A stretch of DNA of 64,000 nucleotides from an uncultured Clostridium sp. Its GTDB lineage: Bacteria; Bacillota; Clostridia; TANB77; CAG-508. Shown here in pieces: positions 27,485 to 38,540 of the stretch. The notes below the pieces were generated by a model, which saw only the letters and a program-made list of their open reading frames with translations, did not search any database and had not been told where the DNA came from. The stretch lies in contig CAMMDS010000006.1 of assembly GCA_946495655.1 (NCBI GenBank), positions 1,858-65,857 on the forward strand, in the 5' to 3' direction. The position numbers and the translations under genes were made by a program. Positions within the stretch are counted from its first letter, which is position 1, and each line of letters starts with the position of its first letter.

Positions 27485-29774
27485 TCTTTTGCTTTATAGT
27501 AAGTATTACAGTACTAATTAAAGCAAATACAACAAATATTCCAAATTCTCGTGTATTTATATTAGTAATTTGTAGTAAATTTCTAAATAAATAAACTGCT
27601 ACGAAAAATCCTACAAATGTCGTACTAAACAAAAATGCATGTAATTTATTAAATGGTATACATACTTCAAGAACTGCAAGTATACTTACAAATCCTATTA
27701 ATAAATACATAATTGTTACTAATTGACCTTGAGCTATGTTTAAAACTGGTGCTAAGAATGTTAGGAATATTATATTAAGCATAATTACTATTGCAAACGG
27801 TGCTGCGTTTCTAAGAACTGTATGTAAGAACACTCCTCTTACAGGCTTACTGTTTGGTTCAAATGATATAAAGAATGATGTATATGCTTCAATTACTAAA
27901 TCTATTAATGTAATTTGTATTGGTATAAATGGAAAAGCAGTATTTGTTAATATACAGAAAAGTGATAATAGAATTGAATATATAGTTTTTATAAAGAATA
28001 TTCTTGCAACACTTGTTAAGTTATTTACTACTCTTCTACCTTCCATTAATACATCTTTTAATACACTAAAATCTTGGTTTAATAAAACAATTTGTGATAC
28101 TTGTTTTGCTGCATCATTTGCTTCTGGAAGTGTAATGCTTAAATCTGCCTCTCTTAACGCTATTACATCATTTACCCCATCACCTGTCATTGCTACTTGA
28201 TGTCCTTTTGCTTGAAGCGCTTTAACTATTATACTTTTTTGGTGTGGTAATACTCTTGCAAATATACTGTACTTATCTACTATATCAACAATCTCTGCAT
28301 CAGAACTTAAAGTTGATAAATCTATATATGATTTATAATCTTCTAAACCTGCTCTTTTTGCAATAGTTGAAACTGTAATCGGATTATCTCCTGATATAAT
28401 TTTTATATCAACTTCTTGATCTTTAAAATATCCAAGCATCTCTTTTGCATTTTTTCTTAAAGGATCAGCCAAGATAACTGATGCAACTATTGTTAAATCT
28501 GGTAATTGTTCATCTATTATATCGTTTTTTGCATATGCAATGCATAAAGCTCTTTTTCCATCTTCTTGAGCTTCAGAAACAATTTTAGGTAATTCTATTC
28601 CAGCTTTTAAAATTAATCTTTCTGGAGCACCAACCACAATTGTTCCTAAATCTTTAAATGTAACACTACTCCATTTTCTTTCAGAAGAAAAAGATATATC
28701 ACTTATTTTTTTATATTTAGATTCACCCTTAAAATATTCTTTTAATGCCATAAAAGTACTATTGCTATCATCTGTTTCATTTACATATGTGCTCATTATA
28801 TTTTCAAATGTATCTGGCAAAATATCTTCACTATATTTTTCAACATCTATAACTTTCATTTTTCCTTCTGTTATTGTTCCGGTTTTGTCCAAACACAAAG
28901 TATCAACATGAGCCAATGTTTCTACACTATATAAATCTTGAACTAATACTTGTTTCTTAGCAAGTTTAATTACTCCAGACTCTAATGCAATACTAGTTAA
29001 AAGTACGAATCCTTTTGGTAGCATTCCAAGAAGTGCTGCAGCTGTTGCAATAACTGATTGTTGTATATTTACTTCTCTAAATACATAAGCTTGTACAAAT
29101 AATATTACTCCTACTGGTATAATTACGAAACTAGTAAAATTAGTAACTTTTTTCATAGAATTTAAAAGTTCAGAATTTACTTTTTTATGCTTTTTAGTAG
29201 CATTTATTATTTGGTTTGCAAAATTATCATCTCCGACTTTCTCAATTTTTGCATAACACTTTCCACTAACTACATAACTACCAGAAAGAAGTTTATCATC
29301 TTTTTCTTTTAATATTGTATCTGACTCCCCTGTTAATAGAGATTCATTAACTTCTATCTCCCCATCTATAACATATGCATCAGAAGGTATTTGATCGCCC
29401 TGTGCAAGAAGAATCACATCATCTAATACAATTTCATTAATATCTATTTCATTTTCTTTTCCATTTCTAATAACTTTAGCTTTAGATGCTGTCAAAATTG
29501 ATAATTTTTTAACTAAATTTTTACCATGAATTTCCTGAATAATTCCTATTAATACATTAACAATTATTATTAGAATAAATACCATGTTGGTATATGCATG
29601 AACACATGCTAAAGAAATTGCAATAATTAAATTAAATAAGTTAAATAATGTGCATACATTATCTCTAACAATTTGCCAATTGGATTTTAAATTATTTGTG
29701 TTTGAACTATTTATTTTTCCTTCTTCTACTCTTTTCTTTACTTCTTCATCATTTAAACCATTAATCTTTTCCAT
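27462..29774 (-). CDS. Cation-translocating P-type ATPase (type II-like)
   Basis: TGES, DKTGTIT, MTGDGVNDV, and about 10 TM helices. Confidence 0.88.
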   Translation of the reverse strand: MEKINGLNDEEVKKRVEEGKINSSNTNNLKSNWQIVRDNVCTLFNLFNLIIAISLACVHAYTNMVFILIIIVNVLIGIIQEIHGKNLVKKLSILTASKAKVIRNGKENEIDINEIVLDDVILLAQGDQIPSDAYVIDGEIEVNESLLTGESDTILKEKDDKLLSGSYVVSGKCYAKIEKVGDDNFANQIINATKKHKKVNSELLNSMKKVTNFTSFVIIPVGVILFVQAYVFREVNIQQSVIATAAALLGMLPKGFVLLTSIALESGVIKLAKKQVLVQDLYSVETLAHVDTLCLDKTGTITEGKMKVIDVEKYSEDILPDTFENIMSTYVNETDDSNSTFMALKEYFKGESKYKKISDISFSSERKWSSVTFKDLGTIVVGAPERLILKAGIELPKIVSEAQEDGKRALCIAYAKNDIIDEQLPDLTIVASVILADPLRKNAKEMLGYFKDQEVDIKIISGDNPITVSTIAKRAGLEDYKSYIDLSTLSSDAEIVDIVDKYSIFARVLPHQKSIIVKALQAKGHQVAMTGDGVNDVIALREADLSITLPEANDAAKQVSQIVLLNQDFSVLKDVLMEGRRVVNNLTSVARIFFIKTIYSILLSLFCILTNTAFPFIPIQITLIDLVIEAYTSFFISFEPNSKPVRGVFLHTVLRNAAPFAIVIMLNIIFLTFLAPVLNIAQGQLVTIMYLLIGFVSILAVLEVCIPFNKLHAFLFSTTFVGFFVAVYLFRNLLQITNINTREFGIFVVFALISTVILTIKQKIYKKGVR

Positions 29775-29951
29775 CGTTCTCTCCTATCTCTTTGACTTTG
29801 TATATTATACATTTATACTTATTTTTTGACAAGCTTTTAAAACAAAAATATTATATTTTTTGTAAAATATACTAGACTTTTTTTATTTTTTTGTGTATGA
29901 TTATATAGTACTTATAGATAAAAGCAATTTTTATTGTGTGGAGGGATTTAA

Positions 29952-30293
29952 ATGTCAAAAATTTTTAAAATTTCAATTATATTATTTATAATTTTATTAT
30001 TAATTAATACAGTAGTTTTAGCTACAGATATTAACATGAATTTAGGATCAGAAAACAATAACTCAATAGATACAAACAATATTGACACTAATAATACGGA
30101 TTCAGATTTAAATACAATTGATGAACAACCTCAAGTATCAGATGGTATTAGTGGTACTGCTGCTCCTTCTGGTGTAAGCAGTATAGCTCAAGAAAATATG
30201 AGCTTTTCAAATATTTTAAATATATTAGTAATAACTGTAGGAGTTATATTAATATTACTTGCAATTGCGATTTTAATCAGATTAAAAGGATAG
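29952..30293 (+). CDS. Small secreted/anchored protein (signal peptide plus C-terminal TM helix)
   Basis: Hydrophobic N-terminus ending VLA-TD, an Asn/Asp/Thr-rich middle, and a C-terminal hydrophobic helix followed by RLKG. Confidence 0.5.
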   Translation: MSKIFKISIILFIILLLINTVVLATDINMNLGSENNNSIDTNNIDTNNTDSDLNTIDEQPQVSDGISGTAAPSGVSSIAQENMSFSNILNILVITVGVILILLAIAILIRLKG

Positions 30294-30445
30294 TTAAAGA
30301 AATTTTAATTTAAAATAATTATTATTAATTTTTTATATCACAAATTAAATTTGTGATATTTTTTTGTATATTTTATTTTAAATTAGAAATAATATAAATA
30401 GAAACTCTTTTTTAAGTGCATGAAATCATTCAAGGAGGTTTTTTT

Positions 30446-30907
30446 ATGAAAAAAAGATTTTTATTTATTTCAATTGTAACAATCTTATTTATATCTATTG
30501 CTATTCCAGTATTTGCTACGGACAATGTTGCTAATGGTATTAGAAATTTTGTTGGTGGTACTGAAAATGTAATAGAAAATGCTGGAAACAATATTGCAGG
30601 CGGTATAAAAAACGGACTTAACACAGTTGGACATGGAACAGAAAATGTTGTTACAGATGTAAGAGATGGTATGCAAAATACAGGAAATTCAATGATGGGA
30701 TCTATGACAGATAATAACAATAATGATAATGATGGATATACTGCAACAAGAACTTCAACTGATAATATTACTGTAGCGGGAATGACTTCAAATACATGGA
30801 CATGGATCATAGTTGGTATTACCATAGCTGCTATCGGAATTCTTATTTGGTCATATATGAAACAAAGAAATAAAAATGACATATATATTGATTCCGATGA
30901 TTTATAA
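30446..30907 (+). CDS. Small secreted/anchored protein with Gly/Asn-rich repeats and C-terminal TM helix
   Basis: RBS aaggagg, ATG at 30446, signal peptide ending VFA-TD, and repeated G(T)ENV(I/V) units. Confidence 0.5.
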   Translation: MKKRFLFISIVTILFISIAIPVFATDNVANGIRNFVGGTENVIENAGNNIAGGIKNGLNTVGHGTENVVTDVRDGMQNTGNSMMGSMTDNNNNDNDGYTATRTSTDNITVAGMTSNTWTWIIVGITIAAIGILIWSYMKQRNKNDIYIDSDDL

Positions 30908-31001
30908 TATTTATTTAATAGCTAGTAATTTTTACTAGCTATTTTATTATTTAAATGATATAATTAAATAGTAATGAAAATTTAAGAATGTGAGGTTATA
31001 T

Positions 31002-31463
31002 ATGTCAAAAAAGATTGTAGCAACAAATCCAACTGCTAGACATAATTATACAATAGAAGATACATATGAAGCTGGTATTGTTCTAACTGGTACAGAAATA
31101 AAATCAATACGAAATGGTAAAGTAAATTTGAAAGATAGTTATGCCAATATTAAAAATGGAGAAGTATTTATATATGGCATGCATATAAGTCCATATGAAC
31201 ACGGAAATATTTACAATAAAGATCCTTTACGAACCAGGAAATTACTTTTAACAAGAAGAGAAATAAACAAACTAACAGGATTAATAAAACAAAAAGGATT
31301 AACATTAGTACCTATTTCTCTTTATTTTAATGGAAATTTTCTAAAAATAGAGCTTGGAGTTGGAAAAGGGAAAAAATTATATGATAAGAGGCAAGACATT
31401 GCTAAAAAAGATGCTGAACGTAGAATACAAAAATCAATGAGAGCTAATGAAAAAAGCTTATGA
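31002..31463 (+). CDS. smpB: SsrA-binding protein SmpB
   Basis: [44 protein letters not shown]. Confidence 0.92.
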   Translation: MSKKIVATNPTARHNYTIEDTYEAGIVLTGTEIKSIRNGKVNLKDSYANIKNGEVFIYGMHISPYEHGNIYNKDPLRTRKLLLTRREINKLTGLIKQKGLTLVPISLYFNGNFLKIELGVGKGKKLYDKRQDIAKKDAERRIQKSMRANEKSL

Positions 31464-31504
31464 AATAAGTGAACACACAATTTGTTTCAAAAAATATTAA
31501 ACAA

Positions 31505-31536
31505 GACAGACATATAATTATTTTAATATGTCTGTC
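31505..31536. terminator. Bidirectional terminator between smpB and fba
   Basis: gacagacatat / atatgtctgtc is an 11-bp stem flanked by A/T runs. Confidence 0.65.
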
Positions 31537-31549
31537 CTTTAGTTTTAAT

Positions 31550-32506
<957 letters not shown>

Positions 32507-32652
32507 CTAATTATATATCAACTAAAAACTTTTATCAAGTAAAGAAATAGAAAATTTACTTTTTTGCTAATAAGATGTCGAAACATAATATTTTATTAAC
32601 AATTTAATTCAATTAAAAGTTATCCCTACCTAAATTAGGTAGGGATGAAATT

Positions 32653-34092
32653 TTACCTATAAGACGTAGAGAAACTTCGTATCAATCCATATGGATTGAT
32701 ACGGAAGAGATAATCTCTTCCGAGAATCGCGATGTTCTTGGGATTAACTTCTTCGTCAACTCTGATAGAGAATTTTTCTTTGGCGATAATTTCTCCATGG
32801 TTGACTAAAACGAGTTTCAGATTCTTAAACTGTTTCAAGAAATCAATCATTTCATCTGCTTTTGCATGAGCAGAAAGTTCAGTTGTGTATTGGACATTTG
32901 CCAATTTCTTTTTTATCAACCCTCCAATTGTAGTAACTTCACCTTTGCTATCTCTGATAATTTCTCCTTCAGGAGTTTCCTTAAGACACCTACCCAAAGT
33001 TCCTTCTGCCGTATATCCTGTGAACTGAATTAAACAGTCCTTCTTCGTAATATATGCAGGAATATATACTTGGGCTGGTCCATAAGTTCCCATACCAGAA
33101 GTTGTTACCACGATTTTACGCGTATTATCTTCTAGCAAAGAATCTCTTAAAGTTTTGTCCACATAACAAAAGTTATCGGGCAAGAAGTCTTCCATATCTT
33201 CCTTTAGTCCCAAATCAGCTTTGCGATACATTTCAGTATACGCAATAGCCAATTTCCCATCTAAATAAATGGGAACATCAAGAGGAATTTTTCCCTCAAT
33301 CTGCATTCTTTTTAGAATGTAAAGAACTTCTTGACATCTTCCTAAAGAAAAGACCAACAGTACAGCTGTTTTTTGTTTTTCCATACAAGAAACAATATTC
33401 TCTTGTAAAGAAGGAACAATTTCACTTGAATCCATATAGCCATATGTGGATTCCTGTACTACAGTCAAAGGAAGATTAATAACCCATTCAGGTAACTGTG
33501 GCACATCAAAGAACATATTTTTGTTGTTGTAATCACCAGTAAAGAGGATATTAATATCTTCGTATCCAGGATAACTTATTTGTACGAGAATTAACGCTGC
33601 TCCTATCAGATGACCATTTACAAAAAATGTTGCTTTGATATTTGGAGTAATATAGTTTGGAACTTCATACTCACATCCAACTACTCTGCTTAAGGTTTTT
33701 TCAACATCGACCTCTGAATAAAGTTGCTTTGTATGACTCCTTTTAGCGGTATCTTTCAATACTTTGTAAGAGTCATTTAAAGCATTACCAATTAAAAGGC
33801 TAGTTGCTTTCGTTGTAAAAACCTCTCCTTGAAAGCCTTTCTTAACCAGTAGCGGTAACCGACCAATATGGTCGACATGATTGTGAGTAATAAGAACAAA
33901 TTCCAAGTTATCGCAGTCAAAAGGAAATGTTGCATTATACTCTTGATATTCCTTTTCTTGAAAAAGTCCACAGTCAACGATGAATTTGGTAGACATTCCA
34001 TTTGGATATTTAACGATTATTAGGTTGCATGATCCTGTAACTTCAGGCTGCAAAGCCATGATGTCTACATAGAACCGATCTTTTTGTCCCAT
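32653..34092 (-). CDS. MBL-fold beta-CASP family hydrolase (RNase J/CPSF-like RNA-metabolising nuclease)
   Basis: THNHVDHIGRLP (HxHxDH), ESTYG, LSAHAKADE and VNHGE. Visibly GC-richer codon usage than its neighbours, including CGG Arg codons. Confidence 0.75.
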   Translation of the reverse strand: MGQKDRFYVDIMALQPEVTGSCNLIIVKYPNGMSTKFIVDCGLFQEKEYQEYNATFPFDCDNLEFVLITHNHVDHIGRLPLLVKKGFQGEVFTTKATSLLIGNALNDSYKVLKDTAKRSHTKQLYSEVDVEKTLSRVVGCEYEVPNYITPNIKATFFVNGHLIGAALILVQISYPGYEDINILFTGDYNNKNMFFDVPQLPEWVINLPLTVVQESTYGYMDSSEIVPSLQENIVSCMEKQKTAVLLVFSLGRCQEVLYILKRMQIEGKIPLDVPIYLDGKLAIAYTEMYRKADLGLKEDMEDFLPDNFCYVDKTLRDSLLEDNTRKIVVTTSGMGTYGPAQVYIPAYITKKDCLIQFTGYTAEGTLGRCLKETPEGEIIRDSKGEVTTIGGLIKKKLANVQYTTELSAHAKADEMIDFLKQFKNLKLVLVNHGEIIAKEKFSIRVDEEVNPKNIAILGRDYLFRINPYGLIRSFSTSYR

Positions 34093-34184
34093 AGTAGAAC
34101 CTCCTATAATAAAATTATTTATTTATAGTGATGCTATAAACATATATAAATTATACACTATATTACTATTATATACAAGTTTAT

Positions 34185-34355
34185 TTATTGATTTTTTCCG
34201 TTTCTATAGCTACTACACATAGATTCATCTGATTGCTTAGTGTTGCATCCAATAATCGGTGTAACAATAATCTGCTCTAATTTACATTCTTGACATCCTT
34301 CATCATTATACTTACAGCTAGTAACTGTACAATTTATTTTTTGATTTTTTTCCAT
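34185..34355 (-). CDS. DUF1540-like Cys-rich small protein (56 aa), not in the supplied track
   Basis: RBS aaaggagg. Translation is MEKNQKINCTVTSCKYNDEGCQECKLEQIIVTPIIGCNTKQSDESMCSSYRNGKNQ*. The C-V-x-x-C-x-Y-N ... C pattern is typical of DUF1540. Confidence 0.6.
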   Translation of the reverse strand: MEKNQKINCTVTSCKYNDEGCQECKLEQIIVTPIIGCNTKQSDESMCSSYRNGKNQ

Positions 34356-34464
34356 AAAAAATAGCCTCCTTTATATTTTATAATATTAGTATGGCTATTT
34401 TATTAAATTTTATGAAATTTAATTTCTATTATTAAATATTAAAATTAAATAATTCAAATTTAAT

Positions 34465-35160
34465 TTATTTTTTATCATTTTTTTCTTCAATGCAATTACA
34501 ATTTTGAGGTTGTTTAAAACTTAAGTACCAGTTAATTCCATTTCTATTTTGATTTAATTGATTATTTCTTTCCAAAAGTTCTTCAAACGTAGTTGGTGAA
34601 GGCATTATTATAGGTTCACATGGTACCCAATTTGCTGGCATAGCAACATTATTACTATCTGAAACCTGAAGTGCTTGCAGACTCCTTAAAATTTCAGGAA
34701 TACATCTTCCAACATTCATTGGATAAACTAAAATAAGCCTTATAATACTTTTATCATCTATAATATATACATTTCTTACTGTTTCTGTATTGCTTACATC
34801 ATTAGAAATCATTCCATATTTTCTTGCAATTTCACCATTTCTATCTGCTATGATTGGAAAAGGAATTCTTATTCCTGTTCTACAATAAATATCATATACC
34901 CAAGCAAGATGTGAGCTATTACTATCTACACTTAATCCAATTAAACAAGCATTAAGATTTTCGAAATATGTATTTGTCCTTGCAAATGAAATCATTTCTG
35001 TTGTACATACGGGGGTGAAATCTCCTGGATGTGAAAATAGCACTACCCATTTTCCTTTATAATCATTTAATGATATATTTCCCATCGTAGTAGTCGCATC
35101 AAAATCAGGTGCTCTCTGCCCTATTCTTACATTGCCATTCATCATTATTTCGTAATCCAT
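34465..35160 (-). CDS. Peroxiredoxin (Prx6/1-Cys-like AhpC-TSA family)
   Basis: FSHPGDFTPVCTTE. Start set to ATG 35160, after aaaggag. Confidence 0.85.
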   Translation of the reverse strand: MDYEIMMNGNVRIGQRAPDFDATTTMGNISLNDYKGKWVVLFSHPGDFTPVCTTEMISFARTNTYFENLNACLIGLSVDSNSSHLAWVYDIYCRTGIRIPFPIIADRNGEIARKYGMISNDVSNTETVRNVYIIDDKSIIRLILVYPMNVGRCIPEILRSLQALQVSDSNNVAMPANWVPCEPIIMPSPTTFEELLERNNQLNQNRNGINWYLSFKQPQNCNCIEEKNDKK

Positions 35161-35235
35161 AAAATATACTCCTTTCAAGTTTCTAAACTTAAATTGAAAC
35201 ATTTTGTATATTTTATGTTTTAAAATTTAATAATG

Positions 35236-35289
35236 TTACATGACCTTATCTTCATCTCTAGACAATCTACAATATCCTACAACTGTCAT
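35236..35289 (-). pseudogene. 5' fragment (17 codons) of a serine recombinase gene with intact RBS
   Basis: aaaggaggaaaa, then ATG: MTVVGYCRLSRDEDKVM*. (A/G)YCRLSRD(D/E) is the N-terminal catalytic-Ser motif of Clostridial large serine recombinases. The body of the gene is missing. Confidence 0.55.
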
Positions 35290-35648
35290 TTTTCCTCCTT
35301 TTGCCTGATATTGTTTATCGTCTATGTTAAAATACATTGTCTGATAATTTCACTTGTTTTGTAACAATTTTATTAAGAACTTCGGATAATTCTCTTTTCC
35401 AGTTACAAATATTCCTACCTTGTACTTTTGTTCTTTATATTTCTCAATTGATTCTTTTGTTTCCTGTCTTTCTAATTCTTCACTGCACAAATAAATTTGC
35501 ACATAATTATATGTTTAAACTTCTGAAATTTTACTATGTATTATTCTTGAACTCCTTTATAACATTTCTAATAAATGTTATTCCCAATAGAGGTTGTCTT
35601 AGACATTTTTATTTGTTATCTAGAAAAAGTTATAAATTTTTTCTAGAT

Positions 35649-35725
35649 AACAAGGTTAAGTTTCCTTGGACTGTGCATATTCGAAAAGCGAAATGCACAT
35701 GTGGCGAAGCCACTTTTCTTATATA
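35649..35725 (+). repeat. Structured intergenic repeat, copy B
   Basis: 35649-35703 match copy A with 3 mismatches. A short GC hairpin follows (gtggc-gaa-gccac), then ttttcttatata. Confidence 0.8.
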
Positions 35726-35881
35726 AGTCCAAGATATTATGATATTTTCTCATTTTGAGAAAAAGGAATTGCTTTGCTACAAAGTTAAAAGGCTTATGTC
35801 ACTATCAGAATAGCCTGAATATATATATAAACAAGAAGAATTCAATTTAGAATCCTTCTTGTTTAGATCACACATTAAGGG

Positions 35882-36367
35882 TTAGTTACTTATTGATTCA
35901 ATCTTGATGAAAATGTCGTTGCCATTAACAGTGTATTTACCTTCAAACCCTACTTTCTTACCCATAATACATTCTCCAATTGGAGAATTTACAGATACAT
36001 ACTTAGAGCTAGTATCACCAAAATTTCCAGTTAAGCAAAAACTACGTATTTTGACCTCTCCTTTTATAGAACGCTTTATAGAAACTGTAACTTGTGAACC
36101 TATTTTAACAGTATCACTTGTTTGAACAGAATCAGTCGGTATAATTTCTGCTGTATTTATGCTTATTTGTAATTCATGAATTTGTCTGATTAGGCCTCTT
36201 TCCTTAATCTCAGTTTGCTCAAAAGCAAAATTGTCATGCCAAGTATCACCTTCATTAGCTGCTGCCTGGCCTTTATATTTTCCTAACTCCCGTAATTCCT
36301 CCTTTTTGCTTTCCAATTCCCGAGTTAATTTTTCCAAACCTTCTTGTGTTAATTTTAGTCTTTTCAT
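35882..36367 (-). CDS. GreA/GreB-family transcription elongation factor paralogue
   Basis: N-terminal coiled coil (LTQEGLEKLTRELE...EGDTWHDNFAFEQ) plus a C-terminal FKBP-like domain (SVNSPIGECIMGKKVG). Confidence 0.7.
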   Translation of the reverse strand: MKRLKLTQEGLEKLTRELESKKEELRELGKYKGQAAANEGDTWHDNFAFEQTEIKERGLIRQIHELQISINTAEIIPTDSVQTSDTVKIGSQVTVSIKRSIKGEVKIRSFCLTGNFGDTSSKYVSVNSPIGECIMGKKVGFEGKYTVNGNDIFIKIESISN

Positions 36368-36404
36368 GACTAGTAACCTCCTAAAAATGTGATTTTTTAT
36401 ATAT

Positions 36405-36424
36405 AAAAAGCATTTCTGCTTTTT
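36405..36424 (-). terminator. Rho-independent terminator closing the ten-gene nucleotide operon
   Basis: On the minus strand aaaaagca-gaaa-tgcttttt is followed by atatat. It lies 29 nt after the U32 stop. Confidence 0.65.
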
Positions 36425-36452
36425 AGCTATGTTAGAATATTCTTGTAACTAC

Positions 36453-38540
36453 TTATGCTCTTGTAACTATTAAATTATTCTCATATGACTCTTTCCATAA
36501 ATCAGTTTTTAATAGTTTTTCTACATAGTTACTATCTTTAAGTATATCTATTGTCATTTTAACATCTTTTGGTTTTTGAGAATATGTAATATACCTAAAT
36601 TTTACATTTTTATTTATATTAAATTTCGAGTAATCATTTAATATTGGTCTATTAAACAATATCATTCTATAATCTTTTTTGCATATTATTTCAAAATCTA
36701 AGTCTTTACTTATATTCTTTATTTTCTTTGCTTTTTGTAAATCAATATTGCAACTTTGGCAACCAAATACTTTTTTAAAACAATTTCTTGTATATACTAA
36801 TGGTAATTTTCCTCCTAATATATACTGTACTTTTTGATTTGCAAATATATTTTCGTTCTGCTCAAAATTTAACTCTGGAGAAGCAGTAAATTCTTCCACT
36901 TCATATTTTCTTAAGAAATTTAATGTTTCTTTATTCCATACATATATAGAATAATCTATATATTTCTTTTTCAATTTTATGTTTTTAAAAGCTTCCAGTT
37001 GAGATATTCTAGTAAACATAACCTCTTTGTTGTAAAGTTTCTTATATAGCTCATTATAATTATCACTATTCCAATTAAATAATGGCAATTTATATATTAT
37101 TTTATTTTCATATTTATTTACTATTTTTTCTAAATTTTCCATATAGTCTAAATTATAAATTATTTTTACAAACTTATCATCTTTTAGATTATCTACAACT
37201 TCTAAATTATCTGTTTCAACATATATCATATCTAATTGTATTTCATTCTTTCTATTATTAGTAGTAGTTTTAATGTTATTATTTTCTTCGACATACTTTA
37301 ATACTTCTAGCAACATACTATTAGAAATCATATATTTGTTATCTAAATTTCTAATATACCTAACTTTATATACGTTAATATTATTACTTATTTCTTTTAT
37401 TTTATTTATATATTCATCAATTGAAATACTAATTAAATCATTTGTATTATTAATAAAAAATGATTTAAACTCACCTTTATAATTTGTATAATCTATTCTT
37501 ACTATTTTATTATCTTTAATTTCTAATACAAAAAATATATTATTTTTTTCTATCTTATAACTATCTTTATATTCCGAATATACATACTTTATGTTCTCGT
37601 TTTCTTTATCTAATTCATTAGTAAATTTGTACGGTACGCCATGTTTATATTCAATAAACACATCCTTTTCATCTATTTCTTTAATGTCTTTAAGATTATA
37701 AATTGGTTTTATCCTATGATTTATATTTTCATACATCTTATTTTCTTCTGGTTTGCTACCATATAAGTATCCTTTTTGTTCATCTTCTGAATATTTATTC
37801 TTTATTTCATTTATTACTTTCTGTAATTCTTCCTTTGTTCTCCTTCTACCTTCTATCTTTAACGAATCAATTTCACCTAATTCTTTAGTTAAATTAATAC
37901 AATTCATATCAGGTACATATAAAAAAGTTCCTTTCTCACTATTTACTTCATAAACATCTCTACAAAGTATACTACATTTACCTCTATTACCACTTCCTCC
38001 ATTTATAAAGGAGCCAAAGAAGCATAATCCCGAATAACTTAAACATTGAGACCCCCATATAAAAGTTTCTATCTCTAATGTTGTATTTTTCTTTAATTTA
38101 TTTATTTCGTTCAAAGTTAATTCTCTCGCTAATATTACTCTTTTTACGCCTAGCTTTTCTAAAAATATCAAATCTTCTATATTATGAGCTCCAAATTGAG
38201 TTGATATGTGTAAATCAACATTTGGAAATTCTCTTTTTAATCTTAAAATTAATCCTATATCAGCTACAATAAATGAATCTGGTAATTCAATTTCTCCACT
38301 TTTTAATAGAGTAATAATATTTTCTATCTCTTCATCTAGCATAAGTGTATTTAATGTTAAATAAAACTTTATGTTATTTTCATGCAAATTCTTAATATTT
38401 CTATTGTATTCATCTATTGAAAAGTTTACAGCATTATTTCTTGCATTCCATTTCTTCAAACCACCATATACAGCATTTGATTTTTCCTCAATTGCTACAT
38501 TAATATGTATATTATTTCCAGCAGGGCTAAGTATTTCCAC
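36453..38540 (-). CDS. U32-family protein (peptidase U32 / anaerobic hydroxylase family) with a roughly 400-aa Asn/Lys-rich C-terminal extension
   Basis: EILSPAGN...AVYGG N-terminus. U32 signature WGSQCLSYSGLCFFGSFINGGSGNRGKCSILCR, with four Cys at aa 166, 173, 189 and 193. GTG start overlaps the upstream stop by 1 nt, with RBS gggagg. Confidence 0.75.
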   Translation of the reverse strand: MEILSPAGNNIHINVAIEEKSNAVYGGLKKWNARNNAVNFSIDEYNRNIKNLHENNIKFYLTLNTLMLDEEIENIITLLKSGEIELPDSFIVADIGLILRLKREFPNVDLHISTQFGAHNIEDLIFLEKLGVKRVILARELTLNEINKLKKNTTLEIETFIWGSQCLSYSGLCFFGSFINGGSGNRGKCSILCRDVYEVNSEKGTFLYVPDMNCINLTKELGEIDSLKIEGRRRTKEELQKVINEIKNKYSEDEQKGYLYGSKPEENKMYENINHRIKPIYNLKDIKEIDEKDVFIEYKHGVPYKFTNELDKENENIKYVYSEYKDSYKIEKNNIFFVLEIKDNKIVRIDYTNYKGEFKSFFINNTNDLISISIDEYINKIKEISNNINVYKVRYIRNLDNKYMISNSMLLEVLKYVEENNNIKTTTNNRKNEIQLDMIYVETDNLEVVDNLKDDKFVKIIYNLDYMENLEKIVNKYENKIIYKLPLFNWNSDNYNELYKKLYNKEVMFTRISQLEAFKNIKLKKKYIDYSIYVWNKETLNFLRKYEVEEFTASPELNFEQNENIFANQKVQYILGGKLPLVYTRNCFKKVFGCQSCNIDLQKAKKIKNISKDLDFEIICKKDYRMILFNRPILNDYSKFNINKNVKFRYITYSQKPKDVKMTIDILKDSNYVEKLLKTDLWKESYENNLIVTRA

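Noticed and set aside
31464-31549. tmRNA (ssrA), expected directly downstream of smpB as in many Firmicutes
   Set aside because: Only 86 nt separate smpB from fba, and they are filled by a bidirectional terminator. There is no tRNA-like acceptor/T-arm or tag reading frame.
35337-35726. 129-aa + strand ORF
   Set aside because: It runs through the recombinase relic, a 13-bp inverted repeat and repeat copy B. It has no RBS and no protein-like features.
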